Source: an uncultured Verrucomicrobiae bacterium
Lineage (GTDB): Bacteria > Verrucomicrobiota > Verrucomicrobiia > Chthoniobacterales > Terrimicrobiaceae
DNA: 64,000 nt
Reading direction: 5' to 3'
Assembly: GCA_963706955.1 (NCBI GenBank)
Contig: CAVPOC010000001.1
Coordinates: 96,001 to 160,000, forward strand
Shown: piece by piece, positions 34,836 to 45,306 of the stretch
Layout of the letters: each line of letters begins with the position of its first letter
Position numbering within the stretch: the first letter of the stretch is position 1
Translations under genes and position numbers: made by a program
Notes under the pieces: generated by a model
Seen by the model: only the letters and a program-made list of their open reading frames with translations
Database searches by the model: none
What the model was told of the DNA's origin: nothing

Positions 34836-35081
34836 ATGTCCGAAAAATCCATTGAAGAAAAAGTCAAAGACATCATCGTCGAGCAATTGGGAGTTAATCC
34901 CGAGCAGGTCACCCCGACAGCCTCGTTCATCGAAGACTTGGGAGCCGACTCGCTCGATACGGTCGAGCTTGTCATGGCATTCGAAGAAGAGTTTGGGGTG
35001 GAAGTTCCGGATGAGGACGCCGAAAAGCTCCAGACGGTCGGCGACGTCGTCAAGTATATCGAAGAGCGCAGCCAGAAGTAA
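34836..35081 (+). CDS. acpP: Acyl carrier protein
   Basis: [20 protein letters not shown]. Confidence 0.97.
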   Translation: MSEKSIEEKVKDIIVEQLGVNPEQVTPTASFIEDLGADSLDTVELVMAFEEEFGVEVPDEDAEKLQTVGDVVKYIEERSQK

Positions 35082-35112
35082 GCCAGGCGGCCGCTGTTTA
35101 ACCGAGCCTTTC

Positions 35113-35150
35113 CGTCCCGAGCGCGTGAGTGCCTCGGGACGTTTCGTTTT
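35113..35150 (+). terminator. Intrinsic terminator after acpP
   Basis: cgtcccgag...ctcgggacg stem followed by tttcgtttt. Confidence 0.6.
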
Positions 35151-35221
35151 CTCCAAAAAACACGCTTCGCCGCCTACCCGCAAATCTCCGCGCGGCGCGC
35201 TGCGCCTTCACGATTGAGATA

Positions 35222-36389
35222 ATGCCCGGCTTGGTCGTTCGTCCCCGAGCAAGGATTCTGCACGGACACGATTGGGTTTACGCCAGCGAGGTCCTCAAGG
35301 TTTTTGGAGATCCTGCAGATGGCGACGTTATTTCGTTGAAGGATGGCCGTGATCGATTGCTCGGCTGCGCCATATTCAACTCCAAGTCTCAAATCGTCGC
35401 TAGACGCTTCTCAAAGAGAAGGCAGGATCTCGATTGGGAGTTCTTTTCCCGTCGGGTGGAGCAAGCGATCGCCAGGCGAGTGCAGACCGGTTGCGATCCA
35501 GAGTTATGCCGTTTGATTTGGAGCGAAGGCGACGGACTCCCTGGAATAATCGCTGACCGCTATCGGGACGTCATTGTCCTTCAGACGCTCACGCTTGGGA
35601 TGGACAGGCACAAGTTGCTGCTGGTCGAAATCTTATCCAAGCTGAGCGGAGTTCGACATGTGATTGAACGCAACGACGTGCCTGTCCGAACGACTGAAGG
35701 ATTACCGCTGATCGCAGGTCCACTTTTTGGCGGCGGTCCGGGCGAGCGCGAAATCGATATCAAGGGGGTCCGCTTTCTCGTCGATTTTCTTCACGGCCAA
35801 AAGACCGGCTTGTACCTCGACCAGATTGAGAACTACTCGATTGTGGCAAACTATGCTCCGGGTCGGCGCGTTCTCGATTGCTTTTCCAACCAGGGTGGCT
35901 TTGCTCTGGCCTGCGCGGCACGCGGGGCGCTCGAGGTGACCGCGGTGGAAAGCACCGGGCGAGAACGCCCGCAAACTCCGCGAGAACACTATTCGCAATG
36001 GATTGCGCGTCACCGTTGCTGAGGAAGATGTCTTCTCCTTTCTGAAGTCTGCCGAACGCCGCGGCGACCGCTATGATCTCATCATCCTTGATCCCCCGTC
36101 ATTTACCCGCGCCCGCGATAAGATCAATGATGCGCTGCGCGGCTATCGGGAGCTGCACCTGCGAAGCGCCCGGTTGCTTACACATGGTTTACTGGCAACG
36201 TTCTCCTGCTCACATCACGTCTCTGCCAAAGAGTTCGAGTCGTCGGTCGCGGCCGGCTTTTTCGACGCGAAGCGTGGGGCACGGATAATTCGTCGGCTCT
36301 TCCAGGGTCCTGATCACCCCGTCCTCCTGCATCTGCCGGAAACTTTTTACCTCAAAGGTCTTTTCCTCGACGTGCCGACGGGTCGATGA
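35222..36389 (+). CDS. RlmI-like PUA-domain SAM-dependent rRNA m5C methyltransferase (frameshift near 35957)
   Basis: GHDWVY, EGDGLPG, GQKTGLYLDQ, LDCFS, LDPPSF, FSCS, DHP and YLKG motifs. Confidence 0.87.
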
Positions 36390-36448
36390 TCTTTGTGCTG
36401 GAAATTTCTGTCCCGCCTCGCCAAAGTCTCGTAGGATCAAAATTTTAT

Positions 36449-37075
36449 ATGCCACCGGATCCCAGCAAAGTCTCAGGGCCTTACCTTGATTTGGAGGAGG
36501 AGAATGCGGAAGACCTCGGCGAGGAGGTGCAGAAGACGAATACCGAGCTGGAAAAACTCAAGCGACAGCTCGAAGACATCGAGAAGCAAAAGCTGCGCTT
36601 GGAGGAGCTCAAGAAGCGGCAGGACGAGCTGGAATCCGGGCGCACCGAGATGACGGATAAGCTTACGCGTTCATTGGTCACCGTGCAACGCGAGGCCGAA
36701 GAGGCGCAGAAGCGACTCGAGCAGCTCAATGCCATCCACAATTCCTTCACCCAGCACCTCCGCTACATCGAGGCGATCAATCCGAAGAGTTGGGGCGCAG
36801 TGGATTTGCCCAAAGAGCTTAGCAAGGCCCTTAGCGCCGTCGAAGATGCGCGGGCCGATTATTCTAAGGCTCAGGCCAGGATCGCGGTGGAGACGTCACC
36901 GGAGGTTGCCGCCACCCCTACCTTGTCCGGATCATTCGAACAGGATTACAGTTTCTCGGAAGAGCGTGGGTTCGGCTATTGGCTTAAGTCCGGCTTTGCC
37001 TTTACACTTCCCCTTCAAATTGTCGGCTTAGCGGCATTAGCCATCTGGGCCTGGTCTCTATTTGGCACGCACTAG
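36449..37075 (+). CDS. Coiled-coil protein with C-terminal membrane anchor
   Basis: Long E/K/Q heptad helix and a hydrophobic C-terminus. Confidence 0.65.
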   Translation: MPPDPSKVSGPYLDLEEENAEDLGEEVQKTNTELEKLKRQLEDIEKQKLRLEELKKRQDELESGRTEMTDKLTRSLVTVQREAEEAQKRLEQLNAIHNSFTQHLRYIEAINPKSWGAVDLPKELSKALSAVEDARADYSKAQARIAVETSPEVAATPTLSGSFEQDYSFSEERGFGYWLKSGFAFTLPLQIVGLAALAIWAWSLFGTH

Positions 37076-37077
37076 CT

Positions 37078-37434
37078 ATGGCAAAGCCCTCAGGATCCAA
37101 AGCCAGCCGGCTCGCGGCGGAAGAGCGCATGCTTGAGCAGCAACGTGAGGAGATCATGCGCAGAACGCAGGAGCTGGAACAGAAGCTAAAGGTCCTCCCC
37201 ACAGTCATTGAGGCCCAGGAGGAGCAGCGGCGCGCCTTGGCAAAACGCCGCGCGGCCTCGGCGGGACGCGCCATCTCGCCTTATACATTGGGGGGCGGCG
37301 GACGACGAACCAGGGCGCGCGGAACCCAGACGCCGTCGCGACAACGCTATGCGGCTCAGGTCAAAACAATGGCGCTGCTGATCGCGCTGGCCATCATCTT
37401 CACGCTTCTTTGGCGCGTTGTTCCCGCGAGCTGA
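37078..37434 (+). CDS. Small coiled-coil protein with C-terminal membrane anchor
   Basis: Charged helix, basic linker and terminal TM segment MALLIALAIIFTLLW. Confidence 0.6.
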   Translation: MAKPSGSKASRLAAEERMLEQQREEIMRRTQELEQKLKVLPTVIEAQEEQRRALAKRRAASAGRAISPYTLGGGGRRTRARGTQTPSRQRYAAQVKTMALLIALAIIFTLLWRVVPAS

Positions 37435-37470
37435 GACGTCGGTTCGTCGTAGGACCGGCTAATCTTTGAC

Positions 37471-38481
37471 ATGTCATCCGCAAACGAGCGCTCCAAAGCG
37501 TCACGTTCTGAATATCTCAAAGCTTACCGCATCATGCTCATGGCGCGCGTGCTCGAGGAGAAGCTCGCCAGCCTCTACCGTGGCGGTCTGATCAAAGGCG
37601 GCGTCTTTTTGGGGCGCGGCCAAGAGGCACTAAGTGTCTCCGTTGGCATCAATCTTCGCAAGGGTGATATTTTCGCGCCGCTGATACGCGATCAGGCCGG
37701 GCGAATGGCCTTTGGCGATTCCGTTCTGGACACGTTGCGCACCTATCTCGGATCGCAGCTTGGCTCGATGCGGGGCCGCGACGGGAACATCCATCGGGGG
37801 CGGCCGCGCGAAGGTTATTACGCGATGATCAGCCATCTTGGCGCAATGATTCCGGTGATCGCGGGTGCCTTGATGGCGCGCCGATTTAGGGGGGAGACAG
37901 GTGTTGTCGGTGCGACGTGTCTCGGCGACGGCGGCACCTCGACCGGGGCGTTTCACGAAGGGATCAATGTGGCCGCGGTCGAGAAGCTTCCCTTGGTGAT
38001 CGTTGTGGCAAATAACCAGTATGCGTATTCCACGCCGAACGATCGCCAGTTCGCATGTCAGGATCTGCTCGACAAGGCGGTAGGTTATGGGGTGGCTGGC
38101 CATCGTGTGGAGGCGACCGATTTGGCCGAGTGCCTGAAAGTGGTCGGGTCTGCCATCGAGGCCGCGCGCCGCGGGGGTGGTCCGCAACTTGTCGTGGGAG
38201 ACTTGCTGCGCCTGGTCGGCCACGGTGAACACGATGATGCCGCCTATGTTACCCCGGAGCTGAAGTCGAGTCCATTGGGCCGAGATTGCCTCAAGGTCGG
38301 CGAAGAATTTCTGATTCACAAAGGTTGGGCATCAGGCGAGCAGATCACTCGGTGGCGCGCTGAAGCCAAGAATGAAGTCGATGTCACGGCCGCGAAGGTG
38401 CAGCGAGAACCATCGCCCGATCCGAACGAGGACGACTGGAAGGCAATTTCCACCCCCTGCGAAACCGTGGCCGAGGCATGA
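37471..38481 (+). CDS. 2-oxoacid dehydrogenase E1 alpha
   Basis: GQEA, the GDG...NNQYA ThDP motif, and GHGEHD. Confidence 0.9.
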   Translation: MSSANERSKASRSEYLKAYRIMLMARVLEEKLASLYRGGLIKGGVFLGRGQEALSVSVGINLRKGDIFAPLIRDQAGRMAFGDSVLDTLRTYLGSQLGSMRGRDGNIHRGRPREGYYAMISHLGAMIPVIAGALMARRFRGETGVVGATCLGDGGTSTGAFHEGINVAAVEKLPLVIVVANNQYAYSTPNDRQFACQDLLDKAVGYGVAGHRVEATDLAECLKVVGSAIEAARRGGGPQLVVGDLLRLVGHGEHDDAAYVTPELKSSPLGRDCLKVGEEFLIHKGWASGEQITRWRAEAKNEVDVTAAKVQREPSPDPNEDDWKAISTPCETVAEA

Positions 38482-39440
38482 TCACCTATCTGGAAGCCAT
38501 TCGTTCCGGGCTTGCCAAAGCACTGGCCGACGATCCGCGCGTTTTCTTGTATGGCCAGGATATTGGCTCTTTCGGAGGAGCCTTCAAGGCCACTAAGAAT
38601 CTTGCCAAAGAATTTCCGGGAAGAGTGCTCGACTCTCCGCTGAGCGAGGACGCCATCGTGGGCGTGGCGATCGGCGCCGCGATCGAGGGGATGCGTCCCA
38701 TCATCGAGATGCAATTCGCCGATTTTTCGGTGTGCGGCATGAACCAGATAGTCAATCATGCGGCGACTTTGTTCTATCGCACAGAGGTGCCTTGTCCGAT
38801 TGTGGTGAGACTGCCATCTGGCGGCACGCCGGGCAGTGGGCCCTTTCACAGCCAGAGCATGGAGGCTTTGTATGCCCATTATCCCGGTCTTATTGTGATG
38901 ACTCCCGGGACAGTGGAAGATGCATTTTCGATGTTGGTGGAAGCGGTGGCGCTCGATGATCCGGTGCTCTTCTGCGAGCACAAGTTCCTTTACAACCACT
39001 TGAAGGCCGATCGACTGCCCGACTCCAACATCCCTTCATTAAAGGCGCGCCTGGCCAGACAAGGGCGCGATGCGACGGTGGTCACTTATGGGGCAATGCT
39101 TCATGAATCCTTCGCCGCGGCCGACGAACTGGCCGAGGACGGATACGAAATAGAAATCGTCGACCTAAGAACGGTCAAGCCACTGGATACTGATACGGTC
39201 TTGGCTTCGGTGGCCCGTACCGGGCGCATGTTGTGTGTCGCTGAAGCTTGGCCGTGGGGCGGCGTGTCGGCCGAGGTGGTCGCCCGCGTCTCCGCCGACG
39301 GTTTTGGCCTGCTGGACGCTCCTCCGCAGCGGCTCAGTGCGAGGGATACTCCGGTCCCGTATCATCCCGATCTGTGGTCGGCGCATCGTCCAACCGCGAG
39401 CGCGATAGCTTCTGCGATGCGGCGTCTGCTGGAAATGTAA
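38478..39440 (+). CDS. 2-oxoacid dehydrogenase E1 beta
   Basis: DSPLSE, EMQFADF, HSQS and DLRTVKPLD motifs. Confidence 0.92.
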   Translation: MITYLEAIRSGLAKALADDPRVFLYGQDIGSFGGAFKATKNLAKEFPGRVLDSPLSEDAIVGVAIGAAIEGMRPIIEMQFADFSVCGMNQIVNHAATLFYRTEVPCPIVVRLPSGGTPGSGPFHSQSMEALYAHYPGLIVMTPGTVEDAFSMLVEAVALDDPVLFCEHKFLYNHLKADRLPDSNIPSLKARLARQGRDATVVTYGAMLHESFAAADELAEDGYEIEIVDLRTVKPLDTDTVLASVARTGRMLCVAEAWPWGGVSAEVVARVSADGFGLLDAPPQRLSARDTPVPYHPDLWSAHRPTASAIASAMRRLLEM

Positions 39441-39444
39441 ACCT

Positions 39445-40638
39445 ATGGCTCTCGTCCCCATTCTCATGCCACAGCTCGGCGAATCGATCGCCGAAGCAAC
39501 AATCATCAAGGTGCTCCTTAGTCAGGGTGATGCGGTCGCAGGCGACAGCAATGTGATTGAAGTCGAGACCAACAAGGCCGTCATGGAGGTAACCTCCCCC
39601 TGCAGCGGCCATCTTTCCGAGATTCTCGTGGAGGAGGGGAAGAGCTATCCGGTCGGAGCGATCCTTGGATATGTCGAAGTCGATGCCCAGGAAGCCGCCA
39701 GATTGGGACTCGAGGAAACCCCCACGAAAGCATCTCACAGAAAAGGAACCCAACGCCAAGCCGTGCCCGTCGGCCCAAGTCAAGTCGAACCGACCGTCAA
39801 AGGATTGCCGGTGCCGGCGCCTGCGACAGGCGCCACGTATTTGTCGCCCCGAATGAAGGCCCGTATGGCCGAACTCGGCCTTCACGCTGCCGATATGGCC
39901 GGAGTCGCCGGAAGCGGAGCGGGTGGACGCGTGACCATAGAGGACCTGGAGAAGTTTCTCGAAGCTCTCGAGCGCAACCGCATTAGTCCCGCTTCTCCCA
40001 TGCGCGTCGCGGTTGCCGATGCGATGCGCCGCAGCGCTACGCGGCCTTTGGCCACTGTCGTCTTGCCAGTCCGCTTGGATGCGATGCTCTCGCACCGAAA
40101 AGCGAGTGCGCCGCGCAAGGCGGGGCCGGCGTTGTATGCATTGCGCGCTCTAGCGATTGCGCTTTCAGAGAATAGCGCGCCAGCCGGCAGGCTCATCGGC
40201 GATCGAATCATCCATCCACGCTCCATCGACATCGGATTTGCGGTGGAGGCTGAGGATGGTGTGCTTGTCCCGGTCATTCGCAATGCCGATCAATTCAAGC
40301 TCGTCGATCTGGCAGAACGTTATGATCGCCTCGTTGATCTTGCCCGGCAGCGCCGCCTTCCCGCGGGCGAGACGGGCGGCTCGATCGCGACGGTTACAAA
40401 CTATGGCGTGTTCGGTCTGACGATTGCGACGCCAATTCCATTGCCGGAGCAAACCTTGCTCCTCGGCATGGGTTGTGGGCAGGTAGTGCCCCATTGGGAA
40501 TCCCAAAAGAGTGCGTTCGTGCCAATAACCGAAGCAGCCTTCACGCTTAGCTTCGATCATCGCGTCCTCGATGGCGGAGCTGCCGGACGTCTCTTGAAGC
40601 GCGTTTCGGAACTCCTAAACGCACCTGCTGAATTGTGA
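39445..40638 (+). CDS. 2-oxoacid dehydrogenase E2 dihydrolipoyl acyltransferase (compact)
   Basis: Lipoyl domain EVETNKA, PSBD GSGAGGRVT and catalytic DHRVLDG. Confidence 0.88.
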   Translation: MALVPILMPQLGESIAEATIIKVLLSQGDAVAGDSNVIEVETNKAVMEVTSPCSGHLSEILVEEGKSYPVGAILGYVEVDAQEAARLGLEETPTKASHRKGTQRQAVPVGPSQVEPTVKGLPVPAPATGATYLSPRMKARMAELGLHAADMAGVAGSGAGGRVTIEDLEKFLEALERNRISPASPMRVAVADAMRRSATRPLATVVLPVRLDAMLSHRKASAPRKAGPALYALRALAIALSENSAPAGRLIGDRIIHPRSIDIGFAVEAEDGVLVPVIRNADQFKLVDLAERYDRLVDLARQRRLPAGETGGSIATVTNYGVFGLTIATPIPLPEQTLLLGMGCGQVVPHWESQKSAFVPITEAAFTLSFDHRVLDGGAAGRLLKRVSELLNAPAEL

Positions 40639-40682
40639 GTCCTTCGTCGCCCGACGGAGCGCGGAGCCTTTCGCGTGCGCCG

Positions 40683-42271
40683 CTATTCGGCCAACTGAGG
40701 CAGTGCCTGCCCAGGGGTGATGGTCTCCTTTGATCTGTCGACAGCGACCAATTTGGCGCAACCGGCGAAAATTACCGCGACGATGAGATAACTGAATGCC
40801 ACGGTCGGATCGTGGGCGATGCCGATTTGATGCCCGTGCATAAAGCCAAAGAACGTTAATATGGCTCCCGCGAGTGCAAATCCAGCGCCTTTCATGAAGT
40901 TGCGATCGATGATGCATACAGCTATCGCACCGAGGATCAGTCCCGCCGAGAATCGAGCCGCCTCCGAGAACTTCGAGACCTCTGTAGAGGACTCCTTGAT
41001 CTTTCATTTTTGCCATGAGCTCCTCCGTGACGGTGAAGGTCCCCACCGATGCCAGCGCGCCATTCATCAGCGTCACGGCCCAGTGCGCCAGGTGCGGTGT
41101 CAGGGCAAGAATGATGGCCGGAGCATGGCTCTTCGGCGTCTCTTGAAATGCCTGCGAACCGATCAACATCCCGATGTAGAGCAGAATCGGCAGAATGGCG
41201 ATGGTCGGAATGAGCGCGAGCATGAGGGAAATTGTGCCGAACCAACACAGCAGAATCACCGCAATGCCGGTGGCTGCGGAATAGCCGATCCGTCCTCCCA
41301 TGGCCTTCCATCCGGGATGCCCGATGTAAACGGCGTTGATGAAGGGGTTCCCCATCAGGCAACCAATCAAGCTGACTACCCCGTCCGCCGTTAACACTCG
41401 CGTCGTTGGGAATTCGTCCCCAGCAACCGCAGCGCTTTCCACATTATCGAGGGCTTCCACAAGATCATAAATTCCAAACGGAATGGCGGTGACCAGGATC
41501 ACCCCGAGGAACTCGAAGCCGGAGAAAACATGGCCGAACGCCGGCAGTGGCACTCGGAAACCAAAATTGGCCACCGCATCGGTCAGACCTTTCAGACTCA
41601 TGCCGCCATAGTTGAGGCCCAGAGCGGTCGAACCCCAGGCAATCAACGTTCCCACCGCGATAGCCACCAAGCCCGCGGGAATTCCGCGATACTTAACGCC
41701 ACCGAACCAGCTGAGCAGAATGATGGCAAAGCAGATAAACCCGATCATGGGCGTCATGAACATTTGAACTGCCGGTGCCATCGAGATGAAGGTGATGGAA
41801 ACTCCGGCCAGGGTCCCTAGCAGCGCGGCGCGCGGAGTAATCCGCCGAATGATCGGCCCAATGAAGCCTCCGATCATGAGGACAAAGCTTTGCACAAACA
41901 CCCACGTCAGGCCCGCCTCCCAACCCTTGACGGGATCGCCGGTAGCCAGAGCTATCGGCAGCATGATCACAAAGGTAACCACGAACATGTGCGGCACACT
42001 GACACCCGACGGCAAAGCACAGACGTCGTCTCTACCCGTCTGTTTGGCGAGTCGGATAAGCCAGCCACGCGTAGTAGAGTGTAGACAGGCATAGCATCAG
42101 ACCGGTCGCTGGCAGAATGCGGCCGAACACGATATCATCGGGCATCTTGAGAACGAAGCGCAGCAGCGCTGTCAGCGTTAGCAAGTTGACGAGGATATTG
42201 GTTCCAAAGCCGAAGAAAGCGTTCCAGTCTCCAGGGACCCAGATTTTCGGCTTCGTCGTGCGTGTGCTCAT
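40683..42271 (-). CDS. NCS2/AzgA-like permease (two frameshifts, near 42055 and 40940)
   Basis: GDWNAFFG, ALPSGVSVPH, PRAALLG, NVESA and VYIGHPGWK motifs; many TM helices. Confidence 0.8.
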
Positions 42272-42302
42272 AGTTGCTCTTTGTTGGTGATTGGAGTTCT
42301 TC

Positions 42303-42980
42303 TCATGTCAGCGCGGCGAGGATCTTGTCCGAGTGGGAGATCCAGCCGAAAATTCCGCCCTGGGCCTTGATCATTTTGAGTCCCATTTCCTGAAATTCCG
42401 GGAAGTAAGAACCGACGCAGTCCTCGGGAACGAGGCAATCGTAGCCACGATCGTTGGCTTCGCGCACCGTCGTATTGACGCAGACCTCCGTCGTTACTCC
42501 CGTGACGATGAGTTGCCGAACGCCCCGATTTTGGAGGATGGCGTGGAGGTCGGTGGCGAAGAAAGCGCCTTTGCCGGGTTTGTCGATGACCGGTTCGCCA
42601 GGCAAGGGATAGAGTTCCGGAATGATATCATGGCCTGCCTCGCCGCGAACGAGGATGCGTCCCATTGGGCCGATGTCCCCGATGGACGTCTGGCTGCGCC
42701 CGCGAATCTTCTTGGCCGGTGGCAGGTCGGCGAGGTCGGGTCGATGCCCCTCGCGAGTATGGATGACGGGCAGGTCAGTCGCCCGCCAGGCTTGCAGCAG
42801 GCGTTGATTCGGCTCGATGGTGCGCCGGAGCTGCGAGACATCGTTGCCAAGCATTTCTCCGAATCCTCCCGGCTCAAGAAAGTCTCGCTGCATGTCGATA
42901 ATGAGCAGAGCGCAATGTGCGAGGTCGATCTCAAAGGGGTACGGCTCGGCCTCGATGCTCAGAATGGCGCCGTTGATCAT
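42303..42980 (-). CDS. trtA: Isochorismatase-family cysteine hydrolase with triuret hydrolase (TrtA-type) signature
   Basis: IDMQRDF, GGFGEMLGND, HTREGH, DKPGKG, TTEVCV, REANDRG, SYFP and QGGIFG motifs. Confidence 0.72.
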   Translation of the reverse strand: MINGAILSIEAEPYPFEIDLAHCALLIIDMQRDFLEPGGFGEMLGNDVSQLRRTIEPNQRLLQAWRATDLPVIHTREGHRPDLADLPPAKKIRGRSQTSIGDIGPMGRILVRGEAGHDIIPELYPLPGEPVIDKPGKGAFFATDLHAILQNRGVRQLIVTGVTTEVCVNTTVREANDRGYDCLVPEDCVGSYFPEFQEMGLKMIKAQGGIFGWISHSDKILAALT

Positions 42981-43016
42981 TGAGGAAGGGTAGATTGCAC
43001 GTCTCCGTGCATCTGT

Positions 43017-43034
43017 AAGCGTCTTGCGTGCCAA
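43017..43034 (-). promoter_or_regulatory. Putative sigma54 promoter of the trtA-permease unit
   Basis: Minus strand TTGGCACGCAAGACGCTT has GG-N10-GC spacing, ~37 bp upstream of the ATG. Confidence 0.6.
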
Positions 43035-43138
43035 AATTGCGTCGCAGACGTGACATCCGCCTCGACACACGCCTGGAGGTCCGATGATCTCCGAGAAATC
43101 TCGTCACCGCCGAGATCCCGGAAGTAGTTTCAGCGATC

Positions 43139-43526
43139 GTGGAACCGAATGCCTCGCCGATTTATCCGCTCATTCAACTGACAGGACCTCTTTCAGATCT
43201 CTGAGAAGGCCGGCGCGATTCCCTGGCAACCCTTCCGCGATGGCGTGGAGATCTATCGATTATACGGGGATGGGGTCTCCGGTCCGACAGCGGCTCTCCT
43301 TCGGTATAAGGGGGAGGCGATGGTTCCGTTGCACGAACATATCGGTTATGAGCATATTTTGGTGCTCTCCGGTTCGCAGCGTGATCAAAACGGGACGGCT
43401 TCTGCGGGCACTTTAACGATAAACGCTCCGGGGACCCGGCATCGTGTAGTCAGCGAAGCTGGTTGCATCGTTCTGGCCATCTACGAAAAGCCCGTCAGAT
43501 TTTGCCAACCCGAGTCCGTGGAGTAA
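43139..43526 (+). CDS. ChrR-like cupin (frameshift near 43183)
   Basis: IPWQPFRDGVEIYRLY, PLHEHIGYEHILVLSG and PGTRH motifs. Confidence 0.75.
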
Positions 43527-43655
43527 CCTCCTCTCGAATCGGCGTTAGATCGACGATCAGCGGAAAAGAGCGCTGCCGCTGCGTGCAAAAAATATGCCGT
43601 TGCCCGGGTAGGCTCGCTTGTGTAGCTTTCGCATCCCCAAACCTCAACACGCGCT

Positions 43656-44639
43656 ATGGGCAGGATTTACAACAATATCGTCGAAACCGTTGGCAGGACG
43701 CCGCTCGTAAAACTCAACAAAGTTACCGATGGCGTCGATGCGACGATCGCGCTCAAATGCGAGTTCTTCAATCCCCTCGGCAGCGTCAAAGACCGCATTG
43801 GCATGGCAATGATCGAGGATGCTGAAGCGGCGGGGATCCTCACCAAGGACACGATCATCGTTGAACCAACGAGTGGAAACACAGGGATCGCGCTAGCCTT
43901 TGTCGCCGCGGCTAAAGGCTACAAGCTGATTCTCACCATGCCAGAAACGATGAGCGTCGAGCGTCGAACGCTCCTCGCCATGTTCGGCGCAAAGCTCGTC
44001 CTCACGCCGGGCGCTGAGGGAATGCGCGGAGCGATCGCGCGGGCCGAGCAGATCGTCAAAGAGACTCCCAATTGCTGGATCCCGCAGCAGTTCAACAATC
44101 CTGCGAACCCCGAGATTCACCGCACGACCACGGCCGAGGAAATTTGGGAGGACACGGAAGGCAAGGTCGACATCCTCGTGGCGGCGGTTGGCACCGGCGG
44201 GACGATAAGTGGCTGCGTGGAGGTCATCCGCCCGCGTAAACCTTCTTTCCAGGCGATTGCCGTGGAACCTAAGGATTCTCCGGTGATTTCACAGACACTC
44301 GCGGGCCAACCGCTCAAGCCCGGCCCCCACAAAATTCAGGGCACAGGGGCGGGGTTTGTTCCTAATAATCTCCATCTCAAGGGCGAGAACGGCGATCCGC
44401 AGATTACGGAATGCATCCAGGTAAGCAATGAAGATGCTTTTGTTATGGCGCGCCGGCTCGCCAAAGAGGAAGGTATTCTCGCGGGCATCAGTTCGGGGGC
44501 GAATGTTTGGGCCGCCATCCAGGTGGCCAAACGTCCGGAGAACGCGGGGAAGTTGATCGTGACGGTAGCCTGCTCGACGGGCGAGCGCTACCTGAGCACG
44601 CCACTGGCGGAAGCTGCCCGCGCAGAGGTGGGGGGCTAG
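43656..44639 (+). CDS. cysK: Cysteine synthase A
   Basis: [31 protein letters not shown] and HKIQG motifs. Confidence 0.95.
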   Translation: MGRIYNNIVETVGRTPLVKLNKVTDGVDATIALKCEFFNPLGSVKDRIGMAMIEDAEAAGILTKDTIIVEPTSGNTGIALAFVAAAKGYKLILTMPETMSVERRTLLAMFGAKLVLTPGAEGMRGAIARAEQIVKETPNCWIPQQFNNPANPEIHRTTTAEEIWEDTEGKVDILVAAVGTGGTISGCVEVIRPRKPSFQAIAVEPKDSPVISQTLAGQPLKPGPHKIQGTGAGFVPNNLHLKGENGDPQITECIQVSNEDAFVMARRLAKEEGILAGISSGANVWAAIQVAKRPENAGKLIVTVACSTGERYLSTPLAEAARAEVGG

Positions 44640-44643
44640 CGAG

Positions 44644-45306
44644 ATGGCGAAAAGTGACCAGCCTCCCGCCGACGATCGCGTTTACGACATCGGAGGCTTC
44701 GAAGCTGAGCTTTTCTGGGAGAAGAATCGCTCGATTATTCTCGTCTGCGTCGGCCTTGCGCTCGTGGTAGCAGCGGCGCTGGCGATCTGGTTTATCAGAG
44801 CTCACAGCCAACGCCAGGCTGCGGCTGCCTTCTTCGCCCAAGCCCAGGATCCGGCTGCCTGGCGCGAGGTGATTGAAAGGTATCCGGGTTCGGCACCTGC
44901 CGCCGACGCCTACTTTCTTTTGGCCGATTCGTTGCGACGAGAGGGCAAGCTGGAGGAATCGTCCACGCAATATGAGAAGATTCTAAGTGCGTTTCCGAAG
45001 AGTTCATTAGTGGGTGGGGCGCGGCTCGGTCTCGCAGAAAATTTGTCGGTGGCGGGAAAGACCGACGAGGCTCTGGCTGCCTTACGGTCACTAAAGGAAA
45101 AAGACGCCGGTAGTTACGCCGCACCTTTCGCCGCACTTCTGGAAGGCCGCATCCTGATGCGGAGCGGAAAGTTCGATCAAGCGCGCGAGGTTTTCTCCAA
45201 TCTTGTTTCCAGCTACCCTCGTTCGCCCGCTGCGCGCACGGCCGGAGCTCAGCTGGATGCCATTGTTCCGTTCTTACCCCCGGGGCCGGAAAAGACCAAG
45301 GACTAG
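44644..45306 (+). CDS. Membrane-anchored TPR protein (YfgM-like)
   Basis: FWEKNR followed by a TM helix, then TPR helices with YPGS/YPRS turns. Confidence 0.75.
   Translation: MAKSDQPPADDRVYDIGGFEAELFWEKNRSIILVCVGLALVVAAALAIWFIRAHSQRQAAAAFFAQAQDPAAWREVIERYPGSAPAADAYFLLADSLRREGKLEESSTQYEKILSAFPKSSLVGGARLGLAENLSVAGKTDEALAALRSLKEKDAGSYAAPFAALLEGRILMRSGKFDQAREVFSNLVSSYPRSPAARTAGAQLDAIVPFLPPGPEKTKD

Noticed and set aside
34611..35183. 190 aa minus-strand ORF
   Set aside because: Antisense shadow of acpP.
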